Positions 19,305 to 29,267 of a DNA stretch of 64,000 nt are shown piece after piece. The DNA lies in assembly GCA_003194485.1 (NCBI GenBank), contig PQXD01000009.1, positions 41,008 through 105,007 of the forward strand, written 5' to 3'. Within the stretch, counting starts at the first letter, position 1, and each line of letters opens with the position of its first letter. Under the pieces are notes generated by a model. The model worked only from the letters and a program-made list of their open reading frames with translations. It was not told the origin of the DNA and searched no databases. This stretch comes from Deltaproteobacteria bacterium. GTDB taxonomy: Bacteria > Desulfobacterota > Dissulfuribacteria > Dissulfuribacterales > UBA3076. The position numbers and the translations under genes are program-made.

Positions 19305-20576
19305 TCAGTTAGGCCTTTTCTCTCTCTTGATTTTGGCCCCTACTGCTGCAAGCTTCTGTTCCAGATGTTCATACCCGCGATCGAGGTGGTAAACCCTGGA
19401 TATCGTTGTAGTCCCTTTGGCTGCGAGTCCGGCCAGCACCAGGGAGGCGCTGGCCCTGAGATCAGTGGCCATTACAGGCGCACCGTTTAATTCTTTTACA
19501 CCCTTGATGATGGCGCTCCTGCCTTCAACCTTTATGTCGGCTCCAAGCCGCCTCAACTCGGCAACATGCATGAAACGGTTTTCAAATATGGTCTCGGTAA
19601 TTACGCTGAGGCCACCGGCCAGGGCCATCAGCACCAGGATCTGGGCCTGAAGATCGGTCGGGAAACCGGGATATGGCAGGGTCTTGACATCCACGCTGTG
19701 CAGGACGCCTTTTTTTCTGACAGAAATACGGGCATTATCTACTTCAATCTGAAGCCCGGTACTCCTGAGCTTGGATATGACCGCCTCCAGGTGATCTGCC
19801 ATAACGTTCTCAATTATCAGCTCTCCGCCTGCTGCCCCCGCGGCCATCATGTATGTGCCTGCCTCTATGCGATCAGGGACTATTTCCCAATCAACAGACC
19901 TCAGCTCCTTTACTCCTTCTATCTTGACGGTATTTGAACCAAGGCCCCTGATTTTTGCCCCCATCTGGTTAAGCATCTGCCCCAGGGCAACCACCTCCGG
20001 TTCCCTTGCGGCATTCCCCAGTACAGTTGTCCCGTTGGCAAGAACTGCTGCCATCATCAGGTTTTCAGTGCCTGTCACAGATGGCGTGTCGAAATAGATA
20101 TGAGCTCCATTCAGCCGCCCGGCCCTTGCTTCTATATAGCCCTCTTTGAGCCTGAGCTTAACCCCCATGAGCTCAAGACCCTTTAAGTGAAGATTTATGG
20201 GGCGGGCACCGATGGCACAGCCCCCGGGAAGGGAGACACGGGCCTTTCCAAAACGGGATATAAGAGGCCCCAGCACCAGGATCGAGGCCCGCATCCTGCG
20301 CACGAGGTCATAGGGAGCCTCGTGGTCAGAGAGTCCTGAAGAGTCTATGTCCAAGAAATCAGAGTCATTATCTGCGCCGTATTTTACCGCAACGCCCAGA
20401 TCGGTCAGAAGATCAGTGAAGGTCTTTATGTCAACCAGCCTGGGGATATTCTGCAGCCTGAAGGTGCCGCCCGTGAGGAGCGTTGCCGCAAGAATGGGGA
20501 GCGCCGCGTTTTTGGCCCCGCTAATCCTGATGGTTCCCCTGAGCGGGTGCCTGCCTTGAATGACCAGTTGATCCAT
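19305..20576 (-). CDS. murA: UDP-N-acetylglucosamine 1-carboxyvinyltransferase
   Basis: [43 protein letters not shown] and HLDRGYE. Confidence 0.97.
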   Translation of the reverse strand: MDQLVIQGRHPLRGTIRISGAKNAALPILAATLLTGGTFRLQNIPRLVDIKTFTDLLTDLGVAVKYGADNDSDFLDIDSSGLSDHEAPYDLVRRMRASILVLGPLISRFGKARVSLPGGCAIGARPINLHLKGLELMGVKLRLKEGYIEARAGRLNGAHIYFDTPSVTGTENLMMAAVLANGTTVLGNAAREPEVVALGQMLNQMGAKIRGLGSNTVKIEGVKELRSVDWEIVPDRIEAGTYMMAAGAAGGELIIENVMADHLEAVISKLRSTGLQIEVDNARISVRKKGVLHSVDVKTLPYPGFPTDLQAQILVLMALAGGLSVITETIFENRFMHVAELRRLGADIKVEGRSAIIKGVKELNGAPVMATDLRASASLVLAGLAAKGTTTISRVYHLDRGYEHLEQKLAAVGAKIKREKRPN

Positions 20577-20590
20577 AGGGAAAGAAGTTA

Positions 20591-23164
20591 TTATCTGGGC
20601 GCTTTGCCCTTGTGCCACAGGTACACTACAGGACTGGCTACGAATACCGAGGAATAGGTCCCAATCAGCACTCCCGATAGCAGGGTAAAGGCAAAGTCAT
20701 GAATTACGACACCGCCAAGGAAGAAGATACACAAGATCACCATCATCGTGGTCAGAGACGTGATAATTGTCCTGCCAAGCATCTCGTTGATGCTTCGATT
20801 TATGATCTCGGCAAAAGGCAATTTTTTGTAATGTTTAATATTTTCTCTGATTCTGTCAAAGACTACCACGGTATCAGTAAGGGAATAGCCACCAAGAGTC
20901 AGGAGGGCGGTTATTGTCAGGAGCGTTATCTCCTTGTTCAGGATAAACAAGATGCCAAGTACCGCCAGCACGTCATGAAAGGTGGCGGCAGTAGCTGCCA
21001 CTCCAAAGCTCAAATTAAACCTGAAGGCCAGGTAGCAGATTATACCCGCAAATGATATGCTTATTGCTATCAGTGCCTTGCGTCTCAGTTCCCGGCTCAC
21101 GGTGGAACCGATCTCCGCCTTGCTTTCCATTACAAAACGGGTCCCGGGAAGGCCTTCTTTCAAACTGTTTGTTATACCGGTTTCTATGTCTCCTACAGTA
21201 GCCACTGACTTCTTGACGCGTACGATCAAGACGTGTTCTTCCGGCACTTCTTGAAGAGAATAGCCCTCGATACCCGTGTTTGCCAGGGCGGCCCTGACCT
21301 TGTCCAGGGTGAAGGGCCTGTCTGCGCGGTACTGGACCATGGTTCCGCCGGAGAAATCCACGCCGAGGTTGGCCGCCCCCCTTACGATCTGCACGAAGCC
21401 CGCAAGACCTAAAATTACCAGGATACCTGACAGTATGAAGGCGAAATTCCTGTATCCTATGAAGTCCAGACTGGTTTTCCTGATTAGCTGGAAGAACCTC
21501 AGGTTACTCAGGGCATGCTTGGCCAGCAGTCCGTCATATACCATCCTGGTTCCAAAGATGGCAGTAAAGAGGTTAATGACAATGCCGGCGGAAAGGGTGA
21601 CGGCAAAGCCTTTGATCGGGCCGGTCCCGAAGAGAAACAGGGCTATGGCGGTTATTAGGGTTGTGACATGGGCGTCTACGATGGTCCAAAAGGCCTTGTC
21701 ATATCCCCCGTCGATAAATGCCTTAAGAGGTTTTCCAAGGGCCCTTTCCTCACGCATGCGTTCAAAGATCAGGACATTTGAGTCAACCCCCATGCCGATG
21801 ATGAGTATGATGCCGGCTATGCCGGGAAGGGTCAGCGTGGCCTGAAAGAGCGACAGAACAGCCATGAGGAAGAGCAGGTTCAGGACCATGGCTATATCCG
21901 CTATGAAACCTGAAAGCGTGTAATATACGACCATAAAGACAACCACAAAGGCCGCTCCGATCAGGCCTGAATACAGGCCGTGCCTTATGGAATCACGCCC
22001 AAGGGACGGACCCACCGTGACGTTTTGAATAATGCTGATCGGCGCGGGCAGGGCACCGGCCCTTAACACAATGGCAAGGTCTGAGGCCTCGTCAGGAGTG
22101 AATGAGCCGGATATCTGGGCATGCCCTCCTCCTATACGTTCCCTTATTACCGGTGCAGAGCGGACCACTCCGTCCAGGATGATGGCAAGGCGCTTGCCTA
22201 CATTGTCACTGGTGATTTTCTCAAAGAGTCTTGCACCCCGGTCTGTAAATTCAAGGGCAACATACGGCTCGTTATAGGTCCCGCCGATCCGGACATGGGC
22301 GGTCTTTACGGTGTCCCCGGTCATCAGCGTTTTGTCCTTGAGAAGAATGGGCGTCTTCCGGATTCTGCCGGTGCGATAATCTACCTCCTTAAGGAAGTAG
22401 ATGGCATCATCTCTGGGTATCTGTCCCTTCAGTACCGTGTTAAGGGCCTTGGCATCATATCCTGCAGAAAGGCGGCCGCTATCTATTGCCTGGCGGATAA
22501 GCCTTCCGAGGTCTATCCCGGCCTCGTCATCCACCAGCTTGAACTCCAGTTGCGCAGTCTGCCCTATGAGCTTGAGGGCCCGTTCAGGGTCCTGGATCCC
22601 CGGAAGCTGGACTACTATTTCCTCTTCGCCCTGACGGACGATTACAGGTTCTGTGACACCGAACTGGTCTATCCGGTTACGAATGATCTCCAGTGACTGG
22701 TCAACTGCATTTTCTCTTATGAATTTTTCCTCTTCCGGAGAGAGTCTTAGCACCAGGCTGGGGAATTTCCCCTCTTCTTTTATCTCTACGAGTTCGAGGC
22801 TTGGGAATTCATCTTCCAGAACGGCTTTCACCCTTTCCACAGCGTCCTTGTTAGGGAGAAAGAACAGTATTTTGTCAGGGTCCGGACTCCGGCGACGCAC
22901 CAAGGTTATCTGCCTGCGGCCAAGAGACTCCTTAAGGTCCCTTGCTGCAAGATCTGCAGAATTTTTGACTGCCTGGTCCACGTCTACCTTGAGGATGAGA
23001 TGCATTCCTCCCTGGAGATCCAGGCCGAGCTTCAGACCCTCACTGTAGATATATTTTTTGAACCAGTCGGGCGTATCTTTATAGAAAGAAGGCAGGACAA
23101 AGACCACAGACACGGCAATAAGTACTGCCATTAAGGAATATTTCCAGCGCAGACCCGTGGGCAT
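20591..23164 (-). CDS. secDF: Fused protein translocase subunit SecDF
   Basis: [41 protein letters not shown], then SecF half ([25 protein letters not shown]). Confidence 0.96.
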   Translation of the reverse strand: MPTGLRWKYSLMAVLIAVSVVFVLPSFYKDTPDWFKKYIYSEGLKLGLDLQGGMHLILKVDVDQAVKNSADLAARDLKESLGRRQITLVRRRSPDPDKILFFLPNKDAVERVKAVLEDEFPSLELVEIKEEGKFPSLVLRLSPEEEKFIRENAVDQSLEIIRNRIDQFGVTEPVIVRQGEEEIVVQLPGIQDPERALKLIGQTAQLEFKLVDDEAGIDLGRLIRQAIDSGRLSAGYDAKALNTVLKGQIPRDDAIYFLKEVDYRTGRIRKTPILLKDKTLMTGDTVKTAHVRIGGTYNEPYVALEFTDRGARLFEKITSDNVGKRLAIILDGVVRSAPVIRERIGGGHAQISGSFTPDEASDLAIVLRAGALPAPISIIQNVTVGPSLGRDSIRHGLYSGLIGAAFVVVFMVVYYTLSGFIADIAMVLNLLFLMAVLSLFQATLTLPGIAGIILIIGMGVDSNVLIFERMREERALGKPLKAFIDGGYDKAFWTIVDAHVTTLITAIALFLFGTGPIKGFAVTLSAGIVINLFTAIFGTRMVYDGLLAKHALSNLRFFQLIRKTSLDFIGYRNFAFILSGILVILGLAGFVQIVRGAANLGVDFSGGTMVQYRADRPFTLDKVRAALANTGIEGYSLQEVPEEHVLIVRVKKSVATVGDIETGITNSLKEGLPGTRFVMESKAEIGSTVSRELRRKALIAISISFAGIICYLAFRFNLSFGVAATAATFHDVLAVLGILFILNKEITLLTITALLTLGGYSLTDTVVVFDRIRENIKHYKKLPFAEIINRSINEMLGRTIITSLTTMMVILCIFFLGGVVIHDFAFTLLSGVLIGTYSSVFVASPVVYLWHKGKAPR

Positions 23165-23216
23165 AATAAGAAATCTCCTATTCTAATTTATTTGTTGAGG
23201 ATGTAACTCTCGCAAT

Positions 23217-23320
23217 GTAAATATCCAGTAAACCCGTCCATAGTCCATTGGCAACCGGTCACAGGGTGCTTCTTCTTCCAACATGCTCTCGCCCCTTGTT
23301 TTCTGAGGCCTTTGCAGCCC
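23217..23320. mobile_element. Degenerate left-end remnant of a composite A+B MITE
   Basis: gtaaatatccagtaaaccc TIR variant, followed by gcaaccggtcacagg (B-type TIR) and gccccttgttttct shared with the 48176 element. No right TIR was found and the right boundary is approximate. Confidence 0.6.
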
Positions 23321-23448
23321 CGGCAAAACGCAGTCTGCTATCGAAATTAAGGTAGCCATTGATCAGTGCAGCCGCGCTTCTTGCCATGCCAAGGACATCC
23401 GCTATCAAAAGAAATCGCTGTGCAAAGGCATCCAAAGCCAAGGTCCAT

Positions 23449-23799
23449 TTAGCATGTAAGGTGAACTGCAAGGGCAACGGCCTCGTGTCCATTCCGCGAT
23501 GACAGTTCATTGAATTTCTTTATGGCCGGTTCGGTGGGAAGGGCCTCTATACGGATGCCCCTGGACTCGAGTTCCTCGGACAGTCCGGGGCTTAGGACCA
23601 TTCTGCCGTAGGCACCTGTTCCGACTATCAGGGTACTGGGTTTTGCGGCTACAACATCCATGATATCAGAGAGTTGGAGGGTATGTCCCTGAGACCTACA
23701 CCAGTTCCCGAAGATCTTTCCCTTAATAATTTTCAGGTCCTTTGTATAGCGTATTCCATCAATTACGATTTCACCAAACCGATACGACTCAATCTTCAC
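23449..23799 (-). CDS. Mth938-like domain protein
   Basis: IESYRFGEIVIDG, LIVGTGAYG, LPTEPAIKKFN and VHLTC motifs. GTG 23799 follows AAGGAG. Confidence 0.88.
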   Translation of the reverse strand: MKIESYRFGEIVIDGIRYTKDLKIIKGKIFGNWCRSQGHTLQLSDIMDVVAAKPSTLIVGTGAYGRMVLSPGLSEELESRGIRIEALPTEPAIKKFNELSSRNGHEAVALAVHLTC

Positions 23800-23890
23800 A
23801 GGCCTTGTCTCCTTCATGAAAAAGCATGGATTGCACCTGGTATACGCATAATCTGGAATTATAGTCAACCTTTATCACCGGATGCCCCGG

Positions 23891-23919
23891 TTGACAAGGT
23901 CCGGCTTGGCGAATATATG
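23891..23919 (+). promoter_or_regulatory. sigma70 promoter of tRNA-Pro/purH/aroD
   Basis: TTGACA-17-TATATG, 15 nt upstream of the tRNA. Confidence 0.6.
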
Positions 23920-23934
23920 GAATAGATCCCCGGT

Positions 23935-24011
23935 CGGGACGTGGCTCAGTCTGGTAGAGCACAGCGTTCGGGACGCTGGGGTCGGAGGTTCAAATCCTCT
24001 CGTCCCGACCA
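23935..24011 (+). tRNA. tRNA-Pro (anticodon CGG)
   Basis: Acceptor stem cgggacg/cgtcccg, D-loop ggta, anticodon arm cagcg-ttCGGga-cgctg, T-loop ttcaaat, encoded CCA. Confidence 0.97.
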
Positions 24012-24072
24012 GCTTGTTTCCGTTTTGTTAATATTCTATTTTGAACTAAACAAAAAAAGGCGGCCAATGCAT

Positions 24073-24690
24073 ATGACAAAGATAAAAAGGGCACTCATCA
24101 GCGTAACTGACAAGACAGGTGTAGCAGAACTGGCCAAAGAGCTTGAGGATATGAGTGTAGAAGTCATATCCACCGGCGGTACGGCACGAGTAATAAGAGA
24201 GGCAGACGTTTCCGTAAAAGACGTTTCAGAACTCACTGGTTTCCCGGAGATGATGGATGGCCGTGTAAAGACTTTACACCCCATGGTCCATGGCGGCATC
24301 CTGGCCCTTCGTGACAACGCCGCCCACAGGCAACAGATGGAAGACCACGGTATTTCACCTATTGATATGGTAGTGGTAAATCTTTATGCCTTTGAAAAAA
24401 CAGTAGCCAAAAAAGGGGTGAGTTTGGCTGATGCCATAGAGAATATTGACATAGGGGGGCCGACTCTGCTTCGCTCCTCGGCAAAAAACTTCCGGTATGT
24501 GACTGTGGTTGTAGATCCGTCTGATTATCCTAAAGTGATCGGAGAGATGAAGGCCAATGACGGAGCCACTTCCCTGACTACACGTTTTGAGCTGGCCAAA
24601 AAGGTCTTTATTACAACAAATAAGTATGATAAGGCCATTGCCGGCTATTTGGAGGGAATCGACCCGCGGAAGGACCCATATTTTATTTAA
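24073..24690 (+). CDS. purH: Stand-alone IMP cyclohydrolase (N-terminal/MGS-like domain of PurH only)
   Basis: [34 protein letters not shown] and ENIDIGGP. It ends at about 205 aa without the AICAR transformylase domain. Confidence 0.92.
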   Translation: MTKIKRALISVTDKTGVAELAKELEDMSVEVISTGGTARVIREADVSVKDVSELTGFPEMMDGRVKTLHPMVHGGILALRDNAAHRQQMEDHGISPIDMVVVNLYAFEKTVAKKGVSLADAIENIDIGGPTLLRSSAKNFRYVTVVVDPSDYPKVIGEMKANDGATSLTTRFELAKKVFITTNKYDKAIAGYLEGIDPRKDPYFI

Positions 24691-24702
24691 TGATTTGGTA
24701 GA

Positions 24703-25422
24703 TTGTCTCGCATGATCTGTGTCTCCCTGGCTGAACCTACCTGTGATGCCCTGCTGAGGCGTCTGCAACAGGTGGCGGCAAAAGCCGACCTGGCAGAGAT
24801 TCGTCTGGATGCTCTTGCTGATGCGGAATCCCTGGATTTTGCAAGCTTATTAAAAAATCGGCCCTGTCCTCTTATTTTCACTAATAGGTCTTCGAAAGAG
24901 GGAGGTCTTTTTTCAGGTTCAGAAGAAGAACGAATCAGCCTTTTGGGAAAGGCCGTATCCGAAGGGGCGGATTATGTTGATATTGAGCTCAGAACAGATC
25001 CGGTCTTAAGAGACGCTGTAATAAAAGAGGTCCGTAGGACCGGGATAAAAGTCATTATTTCCTACCACGATTTTTCCTGCACTCCGGCAAAGGAGAAGCT
25101 GATCGAAGTATTTGATTCGGAAAGGCGGGCCGGCGCAGACATTGGGAAGATCGTCACCTTGGCTGAGGGTTTGCAGGATGTCTTGAAGGTATTATCTCTG
25201 CACTTCAGGGCAATGGATGACGGTCTTTCTTTAATAGCCTTCTGTATGGGGCCTTTGGGAAAGATGAGCAGGCTTGCCTGCCTGGCGCTGGGGGGTTATC
25301 TGACCTATGCGTCTCCGGCCAGGGGTCATGAGACCGCTCCGGGGCAAATACCACTGGACGACTTGAAGGCTATGGTTGATTACCTGAGCTGTAATGGAAA
25401 AAAATTAATATCTGAAACGTAA
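24703..25422 (+). CDS. aroD: Type I 3-dehydroquinate dehydratase
   Basis: EIRLDAL, YVDIEL, IISYHDF, ADIGKIV, MGPLGKMSRL and TAPGQI. Confidence 0.93.
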   Translation: MSRMICVSLAEPTCDALLRRLQQVAAKADLAEIRLDALADAESLDFASLLKNRPCPLIFTNRSSKEGGLFSGSEEERISLLGKAVSEGADYVDIELRTDPVLRDAVIKEVRRTGIKVIISYHDFSCTPAKEKLIEVFDSERRAGADIGKIVTLAEGLQDVLKVLSLHFRAMDDGLSLIAFCMGPLGKMSRLACLALGGYLTYASPARGHETAPGQIPLDDLKAMVDYLSCNGKKLISET

Positions 25423-25452
25423 ATATTCTTATGAAACAGTTATATCCAGCCT
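25419..25452. mobile_element. MITE family A left-end remnant providing the aroD stop codon
   Basis: gtaaatattcttatgaaacagttatatccagcct matches the family-A left end. The aroD TAA (25420-22) is the TAA of the terminal GTAA. Confidence 0.75.
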
Positions 25453-25553
25453 ACAGAAGATCTGGATAAGACGTATGAAAAAGCCTGCATGTAAAGATAT
25501 TGAATCCCTTGTGGTTCTTTTCCCCTCGGCTTACGGCGTTCCTTGCGGTTCAA

Positions 25554-25585
25554 GATACCCTGCGGCCTGCCGCGGGCAGTTAATT
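25554..25585. repeat. Short GC-rich palindromic (REP/PATE-like) element
   Basis: gataccctgcggcctgccgcgggcagttaatt hairpin. It resembles, from memory, a dispersed palindromic repeat of anaerobes; unverified. Confidence 0.35.
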
Positions 25586-25598
25586 CAATCAACTCCTT

Positions 25599-25615
25599 TT
25601 GGCATATTCTTTGCT
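25599..25615 (+). promoter_or_regulatory. sigma54 (-24/-12) promoter upstream of small Ala/Pro-rich protein genes
   Basis: TTGGCATATTCTTTGCT = TGGCA-N6-TTGC with exact GG-N10-GC spacing. Confidence 0.7.
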
Positions 25616-25715
25616 GCTATGAATAAAAGCTTTAAAGCCACACATGCATGCAGTTTAGAATAAATGAATTATGAAATGAAAGATTTCATTTTATAAAAGA
25701 GGAGGAACCATTAAA

Positions 25716-25901
25716 ATAAAAAAATTTGTTGTGTCGTTATCTTTTGTAATGTTATTATGTTTGGGTATGCTGGATCTTCAGGAAGCGGAAAGTATTCCGC
25801 CGGACGAAACCGTAGTCGTAGCTCCTGCAGGAGAGGCAGCAAATGCGACCGCCCCGGCTGAGGCTGCCCCAGCAGCAAATGCGACCGCCCCGGCTGACTG
25901 A
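25716..25901 (+). pseudogene. Degenerate or non-AUG paralogue of the downstream small lipoprotein (61 codons)
   Basis: GAGGAGG RBS, then ATA AAA AAA TTT GTT... = IKKFVVSLSFVMLLCLGMLD...APAGEAANATAPAEAAPAANATAPAD*. It lacks ATG and the lipobox Cys and shares near-identical DNA blocks with 26010..26204. Confidence 0.55.
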
Positions 25902-26009
25902 TGAGCCCGGCCTTTATCTCACCCGGCAGTGGCAGAAGAGGCCGTCCCTGTCGGAGAAAGAAATGGAGAAGAATGGAAGAAGTCTGTCACGAAAAGGAGG
26001 AATAATTAA

Positions 26010-26204
26010 ATGAAAAGATTAATTGTGTTGGTATCTCTTGCGGCGTTGATGTGTTTTGGCTTTGTGGGTTGCAAGGAAGAAGGTGGCACCCCGCCAGCTG
26101 AAACAACGGCCGTAACACCTGCAGGAGAGGCAGCAAATGCGACCGCCCCGGCAGTGGCAGAAGAGGCCGCCCCTGCCGGAGAAGAAGGTGCTCCTTCCCA
26201 TTAG
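26010..26204 (+). CDS. Small Ala/Pro/Glu-rich lipoprotein
   Basis: AAGGAGG RBS, MKR + hydrophobic stretch + FVGC lipobox, low-complexity mature part. Confidence 0.85.
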   Translation: MKRLIVLVSLAALMCFGFVGCKEEGGTPPAETTAVTPAGEAANATAPAVAEEAAPAGEEGAPSH

Positions 26205-26322
26205 AGAAATAGCCGGATAATGTAAAAAAGGTTGAGGAAAACCAGGTATACTTTTTTATATTGATGTCCTGCGGACAGGTTTCATGGTTTTAATAAACCG
26301 GTAATTAAACATAATATCAATA

Positions 26323-27141
26323 TCAATCGGCCTGGGCCTCAACCTCCACAGGATCCTTTTCAGCCACCTGTTCCCTGATTTCTAGCTTCTGCTCTCCCAA
26401 TAGCGTAGTCTTCAGCCAATCAACAGCAAGCTCCAGCATTGCCATGTCGTCTTCTGAAATTTTTTTCTTCCTTTCTTCCGGAACGATGTATACGTTGAGG
26501 AATAGGCTGTCAAACACAAAACGACGAAATCGATCTATATTGTAACAACCCATAAAGAACATCTGCAGCGTTTTTTCAGGGATAGTAACAAATGGACCCA
26601 GAGACTTGCGCTTAAGTATCAATTCCGTCCAGCCGAAATTTGCCTCATCGTAGGGAATGATACCCTGGTCTTTGCGCCATTCATCTACCGTGAGTTCCCT
26701 GCCGAGATCGTGCCCAAGGCAATGGCCCTCTTTTATCAGGGCAAAAAAAGGTTCATCAGAAGACAGATCCCGGTCATGGAACATCCCGGCGCTTAAAGGA
26801 TAGTACCTGCAGGTCAACGGACGATCTTCATATATGCCGCACCCCGGCTCTTCCAGAAACGGGCAGGATTTTTCGTCATCTTCCAGCATCTTTATGACAG
26901 GGATCGGCAGATCTGTCTTCTCGATATGTCCAAGGGTTGTATAAATATGAAGAAACTCATCCGAGGAGAGCCCTAATCTCTGCTTCATGCGGATTATGTC
27001 ACATGGAGTCAGCATGATATAAGCATCCTTGCAACACCGGGTATAGCAGGCCATTTCTTTCTCGCAGGCAAAGGTAAAAGTGCTCTTAAGGTCCAGTCGG
27101 ACAGGAACTATCAAATCTTTCTTTTCTCTCTGTACATGCAT
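26323..27141 (-). CDS. YkgJ family cysteine-cluster (Zn/Fe-chelating) protein
   Basis: CEKEMACYTRCC, CPFL...CGIYEDRPLTCRYYP and HCLGH. ATG 27141 is preferred. Confidence 0.88.
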   Translation of the reverse strand: MHVQREKKDLIVPVRLDLKSTFTFACEKEMACYTRCCKDAYIMLTPCDIIRMKQRLGLSSDEFLHIYTTLGHIEKTDLPIPVIKMLEDDEKSCPFLEEPGCGIYEDRPLTCRYYPLSAGMFHDRDLSSDEPFFALIKEGHCLGHDLGRELTVDEWRKDQGIIPYDEANFGWTELILKRKSLGPFVTIPEKTLQMFFMGCYNIDRFRRFVFDSLFLNVYIVPEERKKKISEDDMAMLELAVDWLKTTLLGEQKLEIREQVAEKDPVEVEAQAD

Positions 27142-27201
27142 GGCTTGGCCTTCCTTGCAATTGGTATAATAAAGTTTTACCGTAAAATAGGTTTCGGTAT
27201 T

Positions 27202-27230
27202 TTGCAAACGTCTGCGCAGATCAGTATAAT
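27202..27230 (+). promoter_or_regulatory. sigma70 promoter directly before the SDR start codon (leaderless-type)
   Basis: TTGCAA-17-TATAAT. The ATG is 8 nt downstream and there is no SD. Confidence 0.65.
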
Positions 27231-27238
27231 CACATTAC

Positions 27239-28114
27239 ATGGATAAACAAGTAGAATGCGCGAAGTCTGAAAACAAGGTTGCTATTGTTACCGGTGCCAT
27301 CAAAGGCATCGGCCTTGCCATAGCCCTTGAGCTGTTACGTTCAGGGATTAAATGTGTTTTGCCCTACTACGACTGGCTGGACAGCCTTGAGAGTATGCAC
27401 GGGCATATGAAGGAAACAGGAGTTGACTATCACGCCATCCCGGCCGACCTTACTTGTCTTGGAGACGTAAAAGAGGTGATTCGTACTGTTCAAGACCGGT
27501 TCGGGCGACTGGATATATTGATTAACAACATAGAAAGGGGTGGATGGCCCGTAGTCCATGGCCCGTATTTACCGGAACAGTGGGATCTGGAGTTCGAAAC
27601 CACTGTGACTGCTAAATGGTATCTCTTCAATGAGGCTTTACCGGTTTTGAGGGCCGGGGGCGGCGGAGTGGTGGTCAATATTTCGTCCATTGCCGGGGTG
27701 GTGGGAAGAAGCGGTCCGGCAGGCCTGGTGTTTAATGATTGCTACTCGCTGTCAAACAGGGCTATTCAATCACTTACTGAAACATGGGCAAGACAGGGCG
27801 CCCCTGAGGTGCGTGTCAATGAACTCATGCTGGGCTTTGTCGAGACGCGTCATGGACCGTCCACCAGGGGTTGGGATATAATCAGTGCCGAGGAGCAAAA
27901 GGCCATACTTGATCATACTCTCTTAAAACGCATCGGAAGGATTGAAGAGGTGGCAAAAATGGTGAGCTTCCTGGTCTTTGACGCAAGTTTCATGACCGGA
28001 TCAACTATACGGATGGACGGAGGCTATGTCCTGGGAGGGGATAAAGCAGCCTCTATGCCAAGGGGAGTTGTCGAACCCGGTGAACAGACCTTTGGAGGTC
28101 CTGTCTCACCTTAA
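27239..28114 (+). CDS. SDR family oxidoreductase (atypical, YxxxN)
   Basis: TGAIKGIG, RLDILINN, NISSIAG, YSLSN and FMTGSTIRMDGG. Confidence 0.88.
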   Translation: MDKQVECAKSENKVAIVTGAIKGIGLAIALELLRSGIKCVLPYYDWLDSLESMHGHMKETGVDYHAIPADLTCLGDVKEVIRTVQDRFGRLDILINNIERGGWPVVHGPYLPEQWDLEFETTVTAKWYLFNEALPVLRAGGGGVVVNISSIAGVVGRSGPAGLVFNDCYSLSNRAIQSLTETWARQGAPEVRVNELMLGFVETRHGPSTRGWDIISAEEQKAILDHTLLKRIGRIEEVAKMVSFLVFDASFMTGSTIRMDGGYVLGGDKAASMPRGVVEPGEQTFGGPVSP

Positions 28115-29217
28115 ACAACTGAAGACGGCATAAAAACCCGCGAGTACAGGTTCTGCACGTAACGGTCGGTCATCCCGGCAATGAAATCACAGACCCTGCG
28201 CTCATAAGAAGTCCTATCATCTATATCTACCGCCTTTTCTTCGAACATCCGAATGTTTTCCCGGACAAAGGCGTCTTTGTTTTTTAAGAAATATTCATAC
28301 AAATCAAAGAGGATCTTCCTTGCCTTTTCGAACTCGCCATGCACCTGAGGTGCCCTGTACACATTGTCATAGAGAAAGGCCCTGAGGTGAACCATCGTTT
28401 CATAAAGACGGGGACTTATTGAAAGCTCCATCTTCCCGTCCACTATCTTGGTGTTCGCTATAACGTCTTTGATCATTGTCGAGATGCGGGCAGCGTGATT
28501 TTCTCCCAAGACATTTTTACACCTTGACGGCACATCCTCCTCACAGATCACTTTGCTTCTGATTGCGTCGTCCAGATCGTGGCTCAGATAGCCGATGACA
28601 TCTGCTATACGCACGACCCGTCCTTCAACAGTCATGGCCCATTCATCTGATTTTTTGGGGATGATTTCCCCAAAACCCTTTGAGTGCTTAAGTATCCCAT
28701 CCCGGACTTCATAGGTGAGGTTGAGACCCCGGCCGCCGTTTTCCAGCACATCCACTACCCTCAAACTCTGACGGCAGTGAGAAAATCCCCCGGGCACAAT
28801 CTCATTTAAGATGGTTTCACCGGCATGTCCAAAGGGAGTATGTCCAAGGTCATGACCCAGGGCCACAGCCTCTGCCAGATCCTCGTTAAGGCGAAGTGCC
28901 CTGGCAATTGTCCTGGCGATCTCTGATACTTCAAGTGTGTGAGTAAGACGGGTACGATAGTGGTCACCCATGGGAGACAAAAAGACTTGTGTCTTGTGCT
29001 TGAGACGGCGAAAGGACTTGGAATAGACAATACGATCACGGTCCCTCTGAAAGGGGGTTCGGATGTTACAGGGCTCCACGGGATAGAGCCTTCCCCTGGT
29101 CTCACTGCTGAGACAGGCCTGGGGACACAGGATCAGGCGTTCGCGTTCCTGGATCTCTTCCCTGATAGTTAAGGGCTTATTCAGCTCCCCGTGCCTTGGA
29201 CAGGACCTTGAATACAT
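28111..29217 (-). CDS. dgt: Deoxyguanosinetriphosphate triphosphohydrolase (short HD-type dGTPase)
   Basis: RTPFQRDRDRI, FRRLKHKTQVF, RTRLTHTLEV, GHDLGHTPFGHAGE and DFIAGMTD. The start is uncertain. Confidence 0.92.
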   Translation of the reverse strand: MYSRSCPRHGELNKPLTIREEIQERERLILCPQACLSSETRGRLYPVEPCNIRTPFQRDRDRIVYSKSFRRLKHKTQVFLSPMGDHYRTRLTHTLEVSEIARTIARALRLNEDLAEAVALGHDLGHTPFGHAGETILNEIVPGGFSHCRQSLRVVDVLENGGRGLNLTYEVRDGILKHSKGFGEIIPKKSDEWAMTVEGRVVRIADVIGYLSHDLDDAIRSKVICEEDVPSRCKNVLGENHAARISTMIKDVIANTKIVDGKMELSISPRLYETMVHLRAFLYDNVYRAPQVHGEFEKARKILFDLYEYFLKNKDAFVRENIRMFEEKAVDIDDRTSYERRVCDFIAGMTDRYVQNLYSRVFMPSSVV

Positions 29218-29267
29218 ATACTTTTTATAACCGTGGCATTCCAGAAAATCAACCGCGCAGCAATTTT

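Noticed and set aside
23935-24011. tRNA-Pro as an island integration site
   Set aside because: No integrase and no duplicated tRNA 3' end in the window; flanking genes are housekeeping.
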